Origin: a virus
Taxonomy: Duplodnaviria > Caudoviricetes
Reading direction: 5' to 3' (one strand)
Virus record (IMG/VR): IMGVR_UViG_3300017700_000721
Location: 54,082-118,081 of that record
DNA length: 64,000 bases
A program made the translations under genes and the position numbers. Shown here in pieces: positions 37,889-46,628 of this stretch. The notes beneath the pieces are model-generated. The model did not search any database. It had not been told where the DNA came from and saw nothing but the letters and a program-made list of their open reading frames with translations. Every line of letters begins with the position of its first letter. Position 1 is the first letter of the stretch.

Positions 37889-38497
37889 TCAGTGTACGAC
37901 TCTAATGTTGAAATTGTGATCCAGCAACAGTATCAACCCCAATTGCTTGTACCATTTGTCAGGGTCTTTAGGCTCAAGATCGGCCAGCTTGTTCTTGGTC
38001 TTCGTAAATATCCACTTCACTGTTGACTGGCGGACGTCATGCTTCTTTCCCACCATCTCTTGGTTCAGCCAATAGAACAGGTCGAAGAGGATGTCCTTTT
38101 CCTTCTCTTTCAAGAAGTAGAGCTCGCCTAGGACGGCACGGAGAGGGATGTCCGCAATCGTCATCAGGTAGCGTAGCTTGATAATGGTTCGGCGGTAGCG
38201 ATACGAGACGGTTGGCTGAGAGATCCCAAGGAGGACCGCAATGTCCTTCTGGTGCTTCTTCTTCTCGTAGATCAGCCAGAAGATCTCTGCCTCTAGCTCT
38301 GGCAGGAACTTCATCAGCGGCTTGACTTCCATGTCCAGATAGAACCCAGACGGATGGGCGTCCGCGATGTCCTGAGCGTCAAGGTAATCGAGTGTCGCCG
38401 GGTCTACGGGAAAGAATATCTCCCGTTGGTAAACTGTGTCTAGGTTCTCTGATGCGACGATGCCTTGGCCCGCCGCGTGTTGCTTACGCACTACCAT
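37889..38497 (-). CDS. sigma70 region-4-like tandem HTH protein
   Basis: LPELEAEIF...QKDIAVLLGISQPTVSYRYRRTIIKLR, plus a second copy LKEKEKDIL...QEMVG..VRQSTVKW. Confidence 0.7.
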   Translation of the reverse strand: MVVRKQHAAGQGIVASENLDTVYQREIFFPVDPATLDYLDAQDIADAHPSGFYLDMEVKPLMKFLPELEAEIFWLIYEKKKHQKDIAVLLGISQPTVSYRYRRTIIKLRYLMTIADIPLRAVLGELYFLKEKEKDILFDLFYWLNQEMVGKKHDVRQSTVKWIFTKTKNKLADLEPKDPDKWYKQLGLILLLDHNFNIRVVH

Positions 38498-38521
38498 TAG
38501 TTACCCCCGGCAGGGGCGTAA

Positions 38522-38875
38522 TCACCTAGCGTTTAGGTAGGTCTCCTCGAACTCCGCCACCGTTTGCGGCGGACCCCAGGACCCATCCCTGGCGCCCTGT
38601 ACTCTCACGGATCCACTCTGCTCGCTTTGCTCCATCCACTGACTCTCCTCGGGATCGAAGAACCGGACCGTGAGGCCCACCTTCGAGAGGAGGTCGATAA
38701 GAGGAGCCTTTTCCGTAACCTTCCAAGGCGTCACGTGAGCTTGAATGTCGAGGAAAGGCTCTCCTTCTTTCCCATTCTCGACTTCCGTCTTTCTGCACAT
38801 GAAGTAAGCGCCCAGCTGATTACCGGATGTCAGAACGACAGCGTAAACCCGTGATTTCCGTACTTGCTTTGTCAT
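38522..38875 (-). CDS. hypothetical protein
   Basis: ORF with RBS. Confidence 0.6.
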   Translation of the reverse strand: MTKQVRKSRVYAVVLTSGNQLGAYFMCRKTEVENGKEGEPFLDIQAHVTPWKVTEKAPLIDLLSKVGLTVRFFDPEESQWMEQSEQSGSVRVQGARDGSWGPPQTVAEFEETYLNAR

Positions 38876-38889
38876 TGCCTCTGCCTTTC

Positions 38890-38969
38890 AAGCATACTCA
38901 GCGGACCTAGGCGTTCGCTCAGACAAGCGGGTTGCCCTCCTAGGTTCGGAGGGCTGCTGTCGCCTGCTT
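38890..38969 (-). ncRNA. candidate structured RNA (multi-stem, possible loop-loop pairing)
   Basis: Stems CAGGCGA/UUGUCUG (G-U pairs on the minus strand), GCCCUCC/GGAGGGC and AGCG/CGCU; ACCUAGG is complementary to CCUAGGU. Confidence 0.4.
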
Positions 38970-38975
38970 CTAAGT

Positions 38976-39536
38976 CTATACTTGGACGATAAGGAGAGGC
39001 TGGTCTCCGGACTGACCGTAGTTGTCCACTACCTTCTCGGTAGGGTCCGGTGTGGGCTCTGGAGGAGGTGCAAAGAGCTTCTTCTCTTTCTCGTTCTTAA
39101 CCCACGAGAGCGAGGCCAGGTCCGATATGTCTCGGACGGTCGTCTCCATGAAGGCTCCGGTTCGATAAGAGCCGTACTGGAGGTTGAAGAAGTCGGCGGC
39201 AGTCTTCAGATCCTTGAACCCGAGTAGGATCTTATGCTCGTCGAAGGTGCCGTCGTCCTTGAGGAGTTCTACCTGGAAGACGCACTCGCTTTCGCGATCA
39301 TCTCCAACGTAGCAATCCATCTCGTCGCCCTCTTCCGGGGAGACTGTGTCCTTGATGAACCCGTAGTCGGCATAAAGCATCCAGCCGTCGTAAGGGTCGC
39401 CATCAGGCTTGGTCTTGATCTCGCCTTTCTTGTACTCGATGACGAGCCCAAGGCCCTGAAAGTCCAAGTCAAAAGGCTTCGACTTGGCTTTGCGGTCCTC
39501 AATGGAGGAGGCCGTGGTAGGCACTATTGAGCCCAT
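38976..39536 (-). CDS. phage inorganic pyrophosphatase-like (InPase) protein
   Basis: IEYKKGE, W..YADYGFIKDT, EGDEMDCYVG, FDEHKILLGF. Start moved to ATG 39536 behind an RBS. Confidence 0.8.
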   Translation of the reverse strand: MGSIVPTTASSIEDRKAKSKPFDLDFQGLGLVIEYKKGEIKTKPDGDPYDGWMLYADYGFIKDTVSPEEGDEMDCYVGDDRESECVFQVELLKDDGTFDEHKILLGFKDLKTAADFFNLQYGSYRTGAFMETTVRDISDLASLSWVKNEKEKKLFAPPPEPTPDPTEKVVDNYGQSGDQPLLIVQV

Positions 39537-39558
39537 CAGGGCCTCCTCTTGAGAGGTT

Positions 39559-39990
39559 TTAGCCGATCGGCTCGATCTCGATCCAAACGATGCCGGCACC
39601 TGCCGTAGCGAAGGCGGCGCCCGGGATGATCTCGATCTTGTCGCCGATCTCAACGCGGGCCGTCAGCGTGCCGACGGTCGGCGTGTCCGTGAGCGGGACG
39701 TTGACCGGGGCAGCATCCGGCACCACGATGGCAAGACCGGCGACTGCAACGTCGTTCACCTCGAACGTGATGCTGGCGCCGGTGGTGACAGCGGTGTACG
39801 GTGTGAAGCCGGCGCGAACGATCTTGCCCTTGGTGGGCGAGATCACGTAGTGAACCGTCGGTGCCAGGAGATCGGTCTGATTGTAGTCGTTCTGGATGAT
39901 GCGGTTCTGGATGATCTCCAGAGCGCGGCGTGTGCCACCGGCATCAGCATACGGCTTCGAGATATCCTTCTGGATCATAGAAAGGTCCAT
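39559..39990 (-). CDS. putative virion/decoration protein
   Basis: High GC3 like the capsid gene; beta-rich C-terminal domain. Confidence 0.5.
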   Translation of the reverse strand: MDLSMIQKDISKPYADAGGTRRALEIIQNRIIQNDYNQTDLLAPTVHYVISPTKGKIVRAGFTPYTAVTTGASITFEVNDVAVAGLAIVVPDAAPVNVPLTDTPTVGTLTARVEIGDKIEIIPGAAFATAGAGIVWIEIEPIG

Positions 39991-40062
39991 GACGAGCTCC
40001 TTGACAGGCTGGGTTGCTTTACGGGTGACCGAGCCCAGAAAAGGGCTACTTGAACTGACTAC

Positions 40063-40614
40063 TTAAGAGGTCACTGGCTGAGCAACTCGTGACAGGTTGC
40101 CCAGGACAAGCAACAGCTCCTGGGAGGTGAGATCTTCAAGGCCTGTCTTCTCTGCTACGGCTAGTCGTAGGTCCTCGGCCTCTTTCGGCAGGGGTGAGAT
40201 CTGCCTGAGCGCTTGGTCGATCTTCGATGTGCGTTCCTGGCGGTACTCCTGGACTTGCTTCCCGAACTCGGTCAGCCCTCCCTCAGCCAGGAGCTCGATC
40301 ACACCGTCACTGTCCTCCTTCTCGTTCTGTTCCACTAAGGCGCCGCGCTTGGTGTACTCAGCCACGCTCATGGCTGCGGGCTTGGTTGCCAACCAATAGA
40401 ACAGCTTCTGATAAGCCTCGGCTGTGTCCACGCCGGCGAACTTTACGCCACCAAGGCGCAAGGTCACCTTTCCGCCCTGAATGCCAGCACCCAGCTTTGT
40501 GGTTCCTGCGGCAATGATCACCTGTTCAAGCAAGCCGGCCGTAAAGTTCGACAACGACAAAGCCTCGTCGGTCTCAGCCTTGATCGCCTCGTTCAGCCCT
40601 TTAAATCCTGGCAT
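40063..40614 (-). CDS. hypothetical protein
   Basis: ORF with GAGG RBS. Confidence 0.6.
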   Translation of the reverse strand: MPGFKGLNEAIKAETDEALSLSNFTAGLLEQVIIAAGTTKLGAGIQGGKVTLRLGGVKFAGVDTAEAYQKLFYWLATKPAAMSVAEYTKRGALVEQNEKEDSDGVIELLAEGGLTEFGKQVQEYRQERTSKIDQALRQISPLPKEAEDLRLAVAEKTGLEDLTSQELLLVLGNLSRVAQPVTS

Positions 40615-40817
40615 TGCCTCAATTCCTCGATGCGATCCACGATCGCGAAGGCCAGGTCTATATCTCCGGCCTCCAGTTCTCGCGTGATCAGGGTGTAGGT
40701 TCGGATAACTTCGATCGGAGGTCGGTGTCCAGCCAGCACTTCACGGTAAAGGGTCTCCGCCTCGTCAAGCAAAGCTTGGGTAGAGAGTACCTCGGTCTTG
40801 GGAAACTCCTTGGCCAT
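40593..40817 (-). CDS. hypothetical protein
   Basis: Packed ORF. Confidence 0.5.
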   Translation of the reverse strand: MAKEFPKTEVLSTQALLDEAETLYREVLAGHRPPIEVIRTYTLITRELEAGDIDLAFAIVDRIEELRQCQDLKG

Positions 40818-40829
40818 GGCTGAACCGCT

Positions 40830-41087
40830 TCAGTGGTACCAAGAAGATTGCTCCGCTTGGCTGTCCTCGACAAATAAACCTGTTGTACGATACAGCTGCA
40901 AAGCTCTGGCCACATATCCCTCGGTCAAGACGTAACCTGTCCGGTATTGCAAGATCTTCACGATCTCGATCGCCAGGTAGCCGCGCTGCCCCGTAGGGCT
41001 CGCTGAGGCTTCCATCGAAAGCCTCATCAAAGCCTGGGTCACCTTTCCCTGGCGTTCGAAGTCGGCCATCATCCTCTCTTTGCTCAT
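40830..41087 (-). CDS. hypothetical protein
   Basis: Packed ORF; start uncertain. Confidence 0.5.
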   Translation of the reverse strand: MSKERMMADFERQGKVTQALMRLSMEASASPTGQRGYLAIEIVKILQYRTGYVLTEGYVARALQLYRTTGLFVEDSQAEQSSWYH

Positions 41088-41102
41088 GTGTAACGCCACT
41101 AG

Positions 41103-41132
41103 CAAAAGAAGCCCGGATGAGCCGGGCTTCTT
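41103..41132 (-). terminator. intrinsic terminator
   Basis: AAGAAGCCCGG-ctcat-CCGGGCTTCTTTT. Confidence 0.85.
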
Positions 41133-41151
41133 GGTTCAGGTTGATGTGACC

Positions 41152-41559
41152 TCAGGCGGCGATCGCCTCGGGGGCGACAGCCAGGACAGCGTCGACCGGG
41201 ACGTCGGTCGCCATCTGGAGCTCTGCGGTGCCGGCCAGGATCGCGGCGGCCTGCTTGACGTAGATCTGGGCGTTCTCGAGCTCGTTCGCGGCGATCACGA
41301 TGTGATGGATCTTCATCACGACCGAGGCCGCATCGGCGAACCGGGCGTAGCGCTTGCCGCGCACTTCGAAGCAGTACTGCTCGACCGGCTTGTGGCTGGC
41401 GCCGTGGCGGAACTGGGTGCCCCAGGAAATCTTGGTGATGACCGTCGAGAGAACCTTCTCCGAGCGGTTCTTGCCTTCGCCCCAAACGGCGATCAGCTGA
41501 CGGTTGGCGGAGGTGGCGGAGCCGGTACGGCGGAGAGCGTCGATCTGCATGTTGGCCAT
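41152..41559 (-). CDS. early hypothetical protein with its own promoter and terminator
   Basis: High GC3; start at MANMQ behind the AAGGA RBS. Confidence 0.7.
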   Translation of the reverse strand: MANMQIDALRRTGSATSANRQLIAVWGEGKNRSEKVLSTVITKISWGTQFRHGASHKPVEQYCFEVRGKRYARFADAASVVMKIHHIVIAANELENAQIYVKQAAAILAGTAELQMATDVPVDAVLAVAPEAIAA

Positions 41560-41610
41560 TTGACTGTTCCTTTTGTCCGTGAGCCGCGTTGTGCGCCTCA
41601 TCATGTATGT

Positions 41611-41639
41611 ATTATAGCACGTCTCAAGGGAACAGTCAA
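41611..41639 (-). promoter_or_regulatory. sigma70-type promoter
   Basis: TTGACT-17-TATAAT with extended TG. Confidence 0.8.
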
Positions 41640-41679
41640 CTATCTAATTCGTCCTGGCTATGCGTTGGAGGAATATCCT

Positions 41680-41991
41680 CTATGCACCGGGTGCAGTCAA
41701 CGAAGGCTCACGTTGCTTGACAAGGAGCAGGTCGAGCTCATAATCAAGGGCGAGGGCCATTGCCTCGACCTCGTTGATCTTCGGTATCGAGAAGCCCAGG
41801 TTCCAGTACTTCAGTGTCCCTGTAGGAATCTTCAGGCCGGCCTTCTCCTCGATCAGCTTGGAGAAAGGTTCCCAGCCAGGGCTGTGCAGGCCCCGCTCCG
41901 TGGCGTCGCCGAACAGATCTCGAACCATCCAATGCAAAGGGACCCGAGGCCGGGGTGACCTGGGTCCCTTCTTCAGTGTTTTGCGCTTCAT
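41680..41991 (-). CDS. XRE/Cro-like HTH protein
   Basis: IPTGTLKYWNLGFSIPKINEVEAMALAL. Confidence 0.65.
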   Translation of the reverse strand: MKRKTLKKGPRSPRPRVPLHWMVRDLFGDATERGLHSPGWEPFSKLIEEKAGLKIPTGTLKYWNLGFSIPKINEVEAMALALDYELDLLLVKQREPSLTAPGA

Positions 41992-42006
41992 GCGGTGATC
42001 ATACCC

Positions 42007-42504
42007 CTAGCCTCGAGGGTTGGCAGCGTCGCGACGGTTCAGATAAGCCACCCGCTCCTCGTAGGCCACCACGTCGTAGGCCCCGAAATCCGGGTTCTGC
42101 TCGAGCCACCAGGCTGCCAGCCAGCGGCGATAAGTCGACTCCGCATGAGCGGCATCCAGTTCGAAACAGCGGCGCGTCAGGAATTCTGCCAACCCCGTTG
42201 AGTCGTGGAAGAAAGCCGGGAAAATCCGACGGGCTTCGCGCATCAGGACGTACTTGCCCGAATGGCTGATCCCGCAGCGGTTGACCCAATCCTGGATTGT
42301 CCAACGGCGAGCAGCGGCAGGAGGCGCTTCCTTTTCGGCGTCCGGCAATGTGGCCCAGATCGCCTCCTTCAGCGCCTTCATGGTGTTCTGGAAGAACTCG
42401 CCGGCGATGAACCCGCCTTTCACCTTCATGGCCTGGTAGGTTGTGCCTGACGGCGTGGACAGGACGTAGTCGATCTTGTTCTGGGTGGAATGGGTGAGTT
42501 GCAT
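42007..42504 (-). CDS. early hypothetical protein
   Basis: GGAGG RBS and own promoter. Confidence 0.7.
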   Translation of the reverse strand: MQLTHSTQNKIDYVLSTPSGTTYQAMKVKGGFIAGEFFQNTMKALKEAIWATLPDAEKEAPPAAARRWTIQDWVNRCGISHSGKYVLMREARRIFPAFFHDSTGLAEFLTRRCFELDAAHAESTYRRWLAAWWLEQNPDFGAYDVVAYEERVAYLNRRDAANPRG

Positions 42505-42527
42505 GCTGGCCTCCAGTTGATGGAGCT

Positions 42528-42556
42528 ATTATAGCATACTAGGCGGAAGGTGTCAA
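42528..42556 (-). promoter_or_regulatory. sigma70-type promoter
   Basis: TTGACA-17-TATAAT. Confidence 0.85.
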
Positions 42557-42580
42557 CAAAAGAAGCTATGCACCCATAGC

Positions 42581-42613
42581 AAAGGGGCCACCCGCTTTTG
42601 ACGGATGACCCCT
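42581..42613 (-). terminator. intrinsic terminator
   Basis: AGGGGTCATCCG...CGGGTGGCCCCT-TT. Confidence 0.7.
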
Positions 42614-42640
42614 GTTTGAGCTACTGTTTGGCCTGGGCGG

Positions 42641-43003
42641 TTAGCTCAGGTCGATGTCGCCCTCGCCCGGGGTGGCCGGCTGCGTCGGCGTGTTGGGCTG
42701 GCTGCCCGCGGCCGGCTCGACCTTGGTCGCGGTGGCCGCGGCCTTCGGCTCCTTGGCGGGCTTCGGCGCCGGCTGGTTGGCCTTCACGAAGTCGGCCAGG
42801 CCGGGCAGCTTGTCGATCGCCAGCTTCAGGTCGCGCATCGTGCCGTGCTCGCCCTCGATCTTGAAGCTGCCGGCGCCGGCGAACACGAACTTGCCCTTCT
42901 CGGTCTTGGTGGCGTTGCCGACGGTGGCGCCGTCAACCTTCATCTCGTAGCCCGTGACCTGCTTCTCGGCGTTCTTGATGGTGGTGTGCGTGATGGTGGT
43001 CAT
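42641..43003 (-). CDS. early hypothetical protein with Pro/Ala/Lys-rich tail
   Basis: Very high GC3; own promoter and terminator. Confidence 0.75.
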   Translation of the reverse strand: MTTITHTTIKNAEKQVTGYEMKVDGATVGNATKTEKGKFVFAGAGSFKIEGEHGTMRDLKLAIDKLPGLADFVKANQPAPKPAKEPKAAATATKVEPAAGSQPNTPTQPATPGEGDIDLS

Positions 43004-43044
43004 CTCAGTCTCCAGTTGGTTCAGAGCGGATTGCTCATGGACTT

Positions 43045-43073
43045 ATTATAGCTTGTTTTCTCGGCGGTGTCAA
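43045..43073 (-). promoter_or_regulatory. sigma70-type promoter
   Basis: TTGACA-17-TATAAT. Confidence 0.85.
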
Positions 43074-43157
43074 CGACTTAATTCATGCAGGTTGGGAATA
43101 GCTCTTATGCCCCCGGTGCAGATGTCGCCTAGCGACCTTCGCTTCTGAATATACTGG

Positions 43158-43349
43158 TCAATCCGCTTCCGTCTTTCTGCCTAGGCTCTTCAGATCCGCT
43201 CTAGTGATTAGTTGGTAGGCTCCTTTGGCGTAAGGTATGGCCGTAGGGAATTCCCTCTTCGCGGCGCCATGTTCTAGACACGTCCTGTACCCCAAGGCTG
43301 CTCTACCCTGGGGTACTTCGTCCTCACAGTCTTCGTGGGAGCAGATCAT
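43158..43349 (-). CDS. small Zn-finger protein (DksA/TraR-like C4 pattern)
   Basis: CSHEDC...VPQGRAALGYRTCLEH. Confidence 0.5.
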   Translation of the reverse strand: MICSHEDCEDEVPQGRAALGYRTCLEHGAAKREFPTAIPYAKGAYQLITRADLKSLGRKTEAD

Positions 43350-43750
43350 CCAACCAGTTCGGTCTTGTAGTTCGCATAGCGAGCATTCTCGTCCATGCGG
43401 CTGCCGAAGAACTGGTGCATCGGCCTAGTGACTGGAACCGCCCTGAGGTTGAAGGCCTCGCGCATCACGATGTTCCAGGTGTCGTTCTCGCCGTTCCAGA
43501 CGAAGCCTGTGACCACGTAGGTCTTCTTGTTACCCTCGTGGCGAACCTGGGCTCCGATCTGGTTCTCCCACTGAGCTGCCGTCTGGCCGTTGGCATCCAC
43601 GGTGTCGTACGTGAGCGGCAAGCGAGAAGCTGAGATTGGAAGAAGTTCAGATCCCTTCTCCATCGTACTGGGTTTCGCGACGGGTTGATCGTCCACCACG
43701 GGCTTCTTGATCCCACGGGTGTTAAGTCGAGTTCGCGAACGTGCTCTCAT
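43346..43750 (-). CDS. hypothetical protein (DUF1653-like SH3 fold?)
   Basis: RHEGNKKTYVVTGF...VTRPMHQF. Confidence 0.5.
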   Translation of the reverse strand: MRARSRTRLNTRGIKKPVVDDQPVAKPSTMEKGSELLPISASRLPLTYDTVDANGQTAAQWENQIGAQVRHEGNKKTYVVTGFVWNGENDTWNIVMREAFNLRAVPVTRPMHQFFGSRMDENARYANYKTELVG

Positions 43751-43759
43751 TTGAGACTC

Positions 43760-44731
43760 CTAGACGAGGAATTCTTCCGGGATTGGAGCCCTGTCCTCGC
43801 CTTTCAGGGTCTTTCGGAACTGGATCCACCCCTGCAGGTTGCCATGCAGTTCTGGGTTCGCCCAGATGAACTTGGTTGAGTTGTCAACCAAACGAGAGGA
43901 GGCCAAAACGGTGTCCGGGGTAGCCTGGTGCTCGGCCGGTGACGCATGGAGCGGGATGCCAGACATGAGCTTGTCGTAAAGCTCGATATCCTTCTCAACG
44001 GTGCTGATCTTCCCGTCAGGCTCTTCCGGCGTTGGGAAGGACTTGTACGAGATCCTCGCTGAGCGAGCGACGCTCACCTTCTGGGCGTATCGAAGACCGT
44101 GGCCTTCTTTGAAGGAAACAGTGGAGAGGCCGTGGTGAACAAAGCAGTACATAGAGATTTCCTGCTTGGCGGCAGCGTCGACGTACGGTAGGTGCCACTC
44201 ACCCGGCTGGAGAAGGGTGGGGGTCGAAGCCTTGCGCGCCTCCCAGATGGCGATCGCAAGTGCCCTCATCGTCGGATCGGCGGCCTTGTGCAACCGCAGG
44301 CCGTCGAAGTTTGCCCATTCGGTCGAAGTAACCAAGACCCTCGCGTGAGTGTAAGGCATAAGAGCCCGGTTGATGTCTTGCTTGGCCCGGCCCTTCTTCG
44401 CCTGCTTCTCAGCCCAATCGGCTGTGTAAAGAGCCAGGTCTCGCCAGTCTGCGCGGGCTTCTTCTCGCTCCGCTTCGGTCATCGGCGGACCACCCTGCAT
44501 CCCAGGACCACCGTGAACTGCGAATGACGGGTAGGCTCTGTGCTCGTCGGAGCGAACCTCTGCGATCATCTTCTCGATCGGGACGGCTCGATTGCTGGAT
44601 GCGTTCCGGCTAAAACGACGATGAGTCATCAACTCACCGTGGATCTGCCACGGATAGACGCAAGCAACTGAAATGATACGCTCACGTTGAATGCTGATGC
44701 TGTCCAGTTGGACAATGGCGGAAACGGGCAT
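43760..44731 (-). CDS. thyX: FAD-dependent thymidylate synthase (phage Thy1 type)
   Basis: ELMTHRRFSRNASSNRAVP, KQDINR, EWANF..LR, HASPAEHQA. Confidence 0.88.
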   Translation of the reverse strand: MPVSAIVQLDSISIQRERIISVACVYPWQIHGELMTHRRFSRNASSNRAVPIEKMIAEVRSDEHRAYPSFAVHGGPGMQGGPPMTEAEREEARADWRDLALYTADWAEKQAKKGRAKQDINRALMPYTHARVLVTSTEWANFDGLRLHKAADPTMRALAIAIWEARKASTPTLLQPGEWHLPYVDAAAKQEISMYCFVHHGLSTVSFKEGHGLRYAQKVSVARSARISYKSFPTPEEPDGKISTVEKDIELYDKLMSGIPLHASPAEHQATPDTVLASSRLVDNSTKFIWANPELHGNLQGWIQFRKTLKGEDRAPIPEEFLV

Positions 44732-44734
44732 AGG

Positions 44735-44902
44735 CTAAGCTTTCCTCAGGTTTGCTTCTTTGACATAGTCGTCAGATTCCTGCTCGGTTCCGAAGTCGGT
44801 CACTACGTCATCGTGAGCATCGCCTACGCGATACTCGTGGCCTGGACCGCGATCAGGGATATATTCCCACTTAAAGGGACGAGGACGGATCCGTAGGCCC
44901 AT
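44735..44902 (-). CDS. small hypothetical protein (55 aa)
   Basis: Not in the ORF track. MGLRIRPRPFKWEY..., with GGAGG RBS, fills the gap. Confidence 0.55.
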   Translation of the reverse strand: MGLRIRPRPFKWEYIPDRGPGHEYRVGDAHDDVVTDFGTEQESDDYVKEANLRKA

Positions 44903-44904
44903 CG

Positions 44905-45138
44905 TTACCTCCTGGGCGGTGTAAGTACCTTGCGCAGGAAGCGATCGCCTTGGACAGGCTTCAGTACCTCCTTGAACCAGGCAATGGTTAAAGGCTTAAG
45001 GTTTGCCTTCTTCCCGTACCAGTGAGGTCGGATCCTGTCTTTCGTCGCGATCTGGTCAACTGCCAGTCCGACTTCTCTCGATGGGATGTCTAGCGGGAAC
45101 ATCTGGCTTCTCCTCGCCAGATGATACAACGCAGGCAA
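44905..45138 (-). CDS. hypothetical protein
   Basis: Packed ORF; start uncertain. Confidence 0.45.
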   Translation of the reverse strand: MPALYHLARRSQMFPLDIPSREVGLAVDQIATKDRIRPHWYGKKANLKPLTIAWFKEVLKPVQGDRFLRKVLTPPRR

Positions 45139-45373
45139 TCTGCAGTGACCTGGGGTCGTCGTGCCTACCGGCTGTAGTCACGGTGGCGCGATGCTTACAC
45201 TCGTCACAGACGACTTCGTAGACTCCCCAGCCGGGCGCCGGAAAGGGTAGCGTCACCTTGCAGGACTTGAGTCCTCCCGCTGCGTCAACATCAATCCCGA
45301 TCGGGAACAGCGGGTTCGCCGGAGCTCTTGGTCCAGGGCCGGTCTTCGTCCAGTGCACCTTGAGGTTCGCCAT
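45056..45373 (-). CDS. hypothetical Cys-containing protein
   Basis: ANPLFPIGIDVD...C...CDEC...TAGRHDDPRS. Confidence 0.6.
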   Translation of the reverse strand: MANLKVHWTKTGPGPRAPANPLFPIGIDVDAAGGLKSCKVTLPFPAPGWGVYEVVCDECKHRATVTTAGRHDDPRSLQIACVVSSGEEKPDVPARHPIERSRTGS

Positions 45374-45379
45374 TGTAGG

Positions 45380-45622
45380 CTACGCTTTCCTCTTGATGGG
45401 GACACAAGACACCACCGTCGAAGTCGGCACCATGTACCGCTGACCCACAGCGTCCATGATACAGGCTGAATGGCTGATCCCTTTACCCTTTCGCACACAT
45501 GGCTCGTCCTTGGGACACAGCTGAATGATGTGGGTAGGTTCCGGCTCGGGGCCCTGTGCGGATGCTGCGGCGAACAAGGCGCCTGAGCTGACCAGAACGG
45601 TTGCGAACAGGGTGGCTTTCAT
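45380..45622 (-). CDS. small secreted protein with four Cys
   Basis: Signal peptide followed by a Cys-containing mature part. Confidence 0.55.
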   Translation of the reverse strand: MKATLFATVLVSSGALFAAASAQGPEPEPTHIIQLCPKDEPCVRKGKGISHSACIMDAVGQRYMVPTSTVVSCVPIKRKA

Positions 45623-45628
45623 CAGACC

Positions 45629-46099
45629 TCACACTAAGGTTTGCTTGGCGTCGACCATCATCTGGGCGACTTTGGTGGGGAGGAGCTTGGCGCGGCGAGC
45701 TTCCCATTCGGCGGCGCGGTCCGGCTGCTTCATGTTCGTATACCGCATGATGGCGACGTCGCAGTCCTCAATCTTGGCGTTGGCCACTTCAGCCAGTTGA
45801 CGGGCATATTTGCCAATCCGGCTCGGGTAACGGGTGGACTTGCCAGACCGCAGGAAATTGATCCGCCCGGCGGAGATCCGGCGACCCATGATCACCTCTT
45901 TGGCGATCTGCGTCATGAAGGCGGCGTCAGCCTGTGTGAAGCCGCGGTTGTTGTGAACCTTGGTTTCCTCGGAGCGCTGCTCGTCCTCGGTCTGCCTCTC
46001 CAGGAGAGCTACCAGGGCGCGCTCGACGGCACGGTCAGAGTTCTGCAATAGAAACTTGATCTGGTCCGGGGTCCACATGACGGTTTCTCCGTTGTTCAT
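45629..46099 (-). CDS. hypothetical early protein
   Basis: ERALVALLERQTEDEQ...HNNRGF; promoter immediately upstream. Confidence 0.7.
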   Translation of the reverse strand: MNNGETVMWTPDQIKFLLQNSDRAVERALVALLERQTEDEQRSEETKVHNNRGFTQADAAFMTQIAKEVIMGRRISAGRINFLRSGKSTRYPSRIGKYARQLAEVANAKIEDCDVAIMRYTNMKQPDRAAEWEARRAKLLPTKVAQMMVDAKQTLV

Positions 46100-46104
46100 G
46101 CCCC

Positions 46105-46133
46105 ATTATAACATACCCAAGACAGAGTGTCAA
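46105..46133 (-). promoter_or_regulatory. sigma70-type promoter (probably leaderless transcript)
   Basis: TTGACA-17-TATAAT, 5 nt from the ATG. Confidence 0.85.
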
Positions 46134-46138
46134 CTACC

Positions 46139-46321
46139 CTAGTTATGCTCCTTCGGAATAGCTGCCTTGCGCTTGGCGAGTTCAGCCTGGATCCTTGTGT
46201 GGGTTGTGACCTGAGCCTTCCCTAGTCCTTTGGTCTGAGCCTTGACAGCCAGTTCCTGGTCCTTGATCCGTAGCTCGTCGTAGGATCGCTCGTGGAGGTG
46301 TTTGGTGCACCACCTACTCAT
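46139..46321 (-). CDS. hypothetical protein
   Basis: Packed ORF. Confidence 0.5.
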   Translation of the reverse strand: MSRWCTKHLHERSYDELRIKDQELAVKAQTKGLGKAQVTTHTRIQAELAKRKAAIPKEHN

Positions 46322-46628
46322 CTGTGTCGTCCTTGATCGGCATGGTCAACCCCTCCCTTGAGTCCAGGATGCTCATATAGAGGTCCCTAGAGATCCTCCG
46401 AGTCAACTCCTGCTTCATCTCGGTCATGCGCCGGACGGTGAAGGAGGCTGGCATGTCTTCGCGCTGAGACTTCCAGGTGTAGGTTACTCCCTTATCCTGC
46501 CCGAGGCTCACCACGCCGACCTTGTGCAGGCCAATGAACACGTCGTAGGCATCGGCACCTTGCTTCCTAACGTGGAGGTGCTTCGGCTTGCGAAATTCCT
46601 CGCTCATCTGGACGTCGATCACACTCAT
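46314..46628 (-). CDS. hypothetical protein
   Basis: Packed ORF. Confidence 0.6.
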   Translation of the reverse strand: MSVIDVQMSEEFRKPKHLHVRKQGADAYDVFIGLHKVGVVSLGQDKGVTYTWKSQREDMPASFTVRRMTEMKQELTRRISRDLYMSILDSREGLTMPIKDDTDE

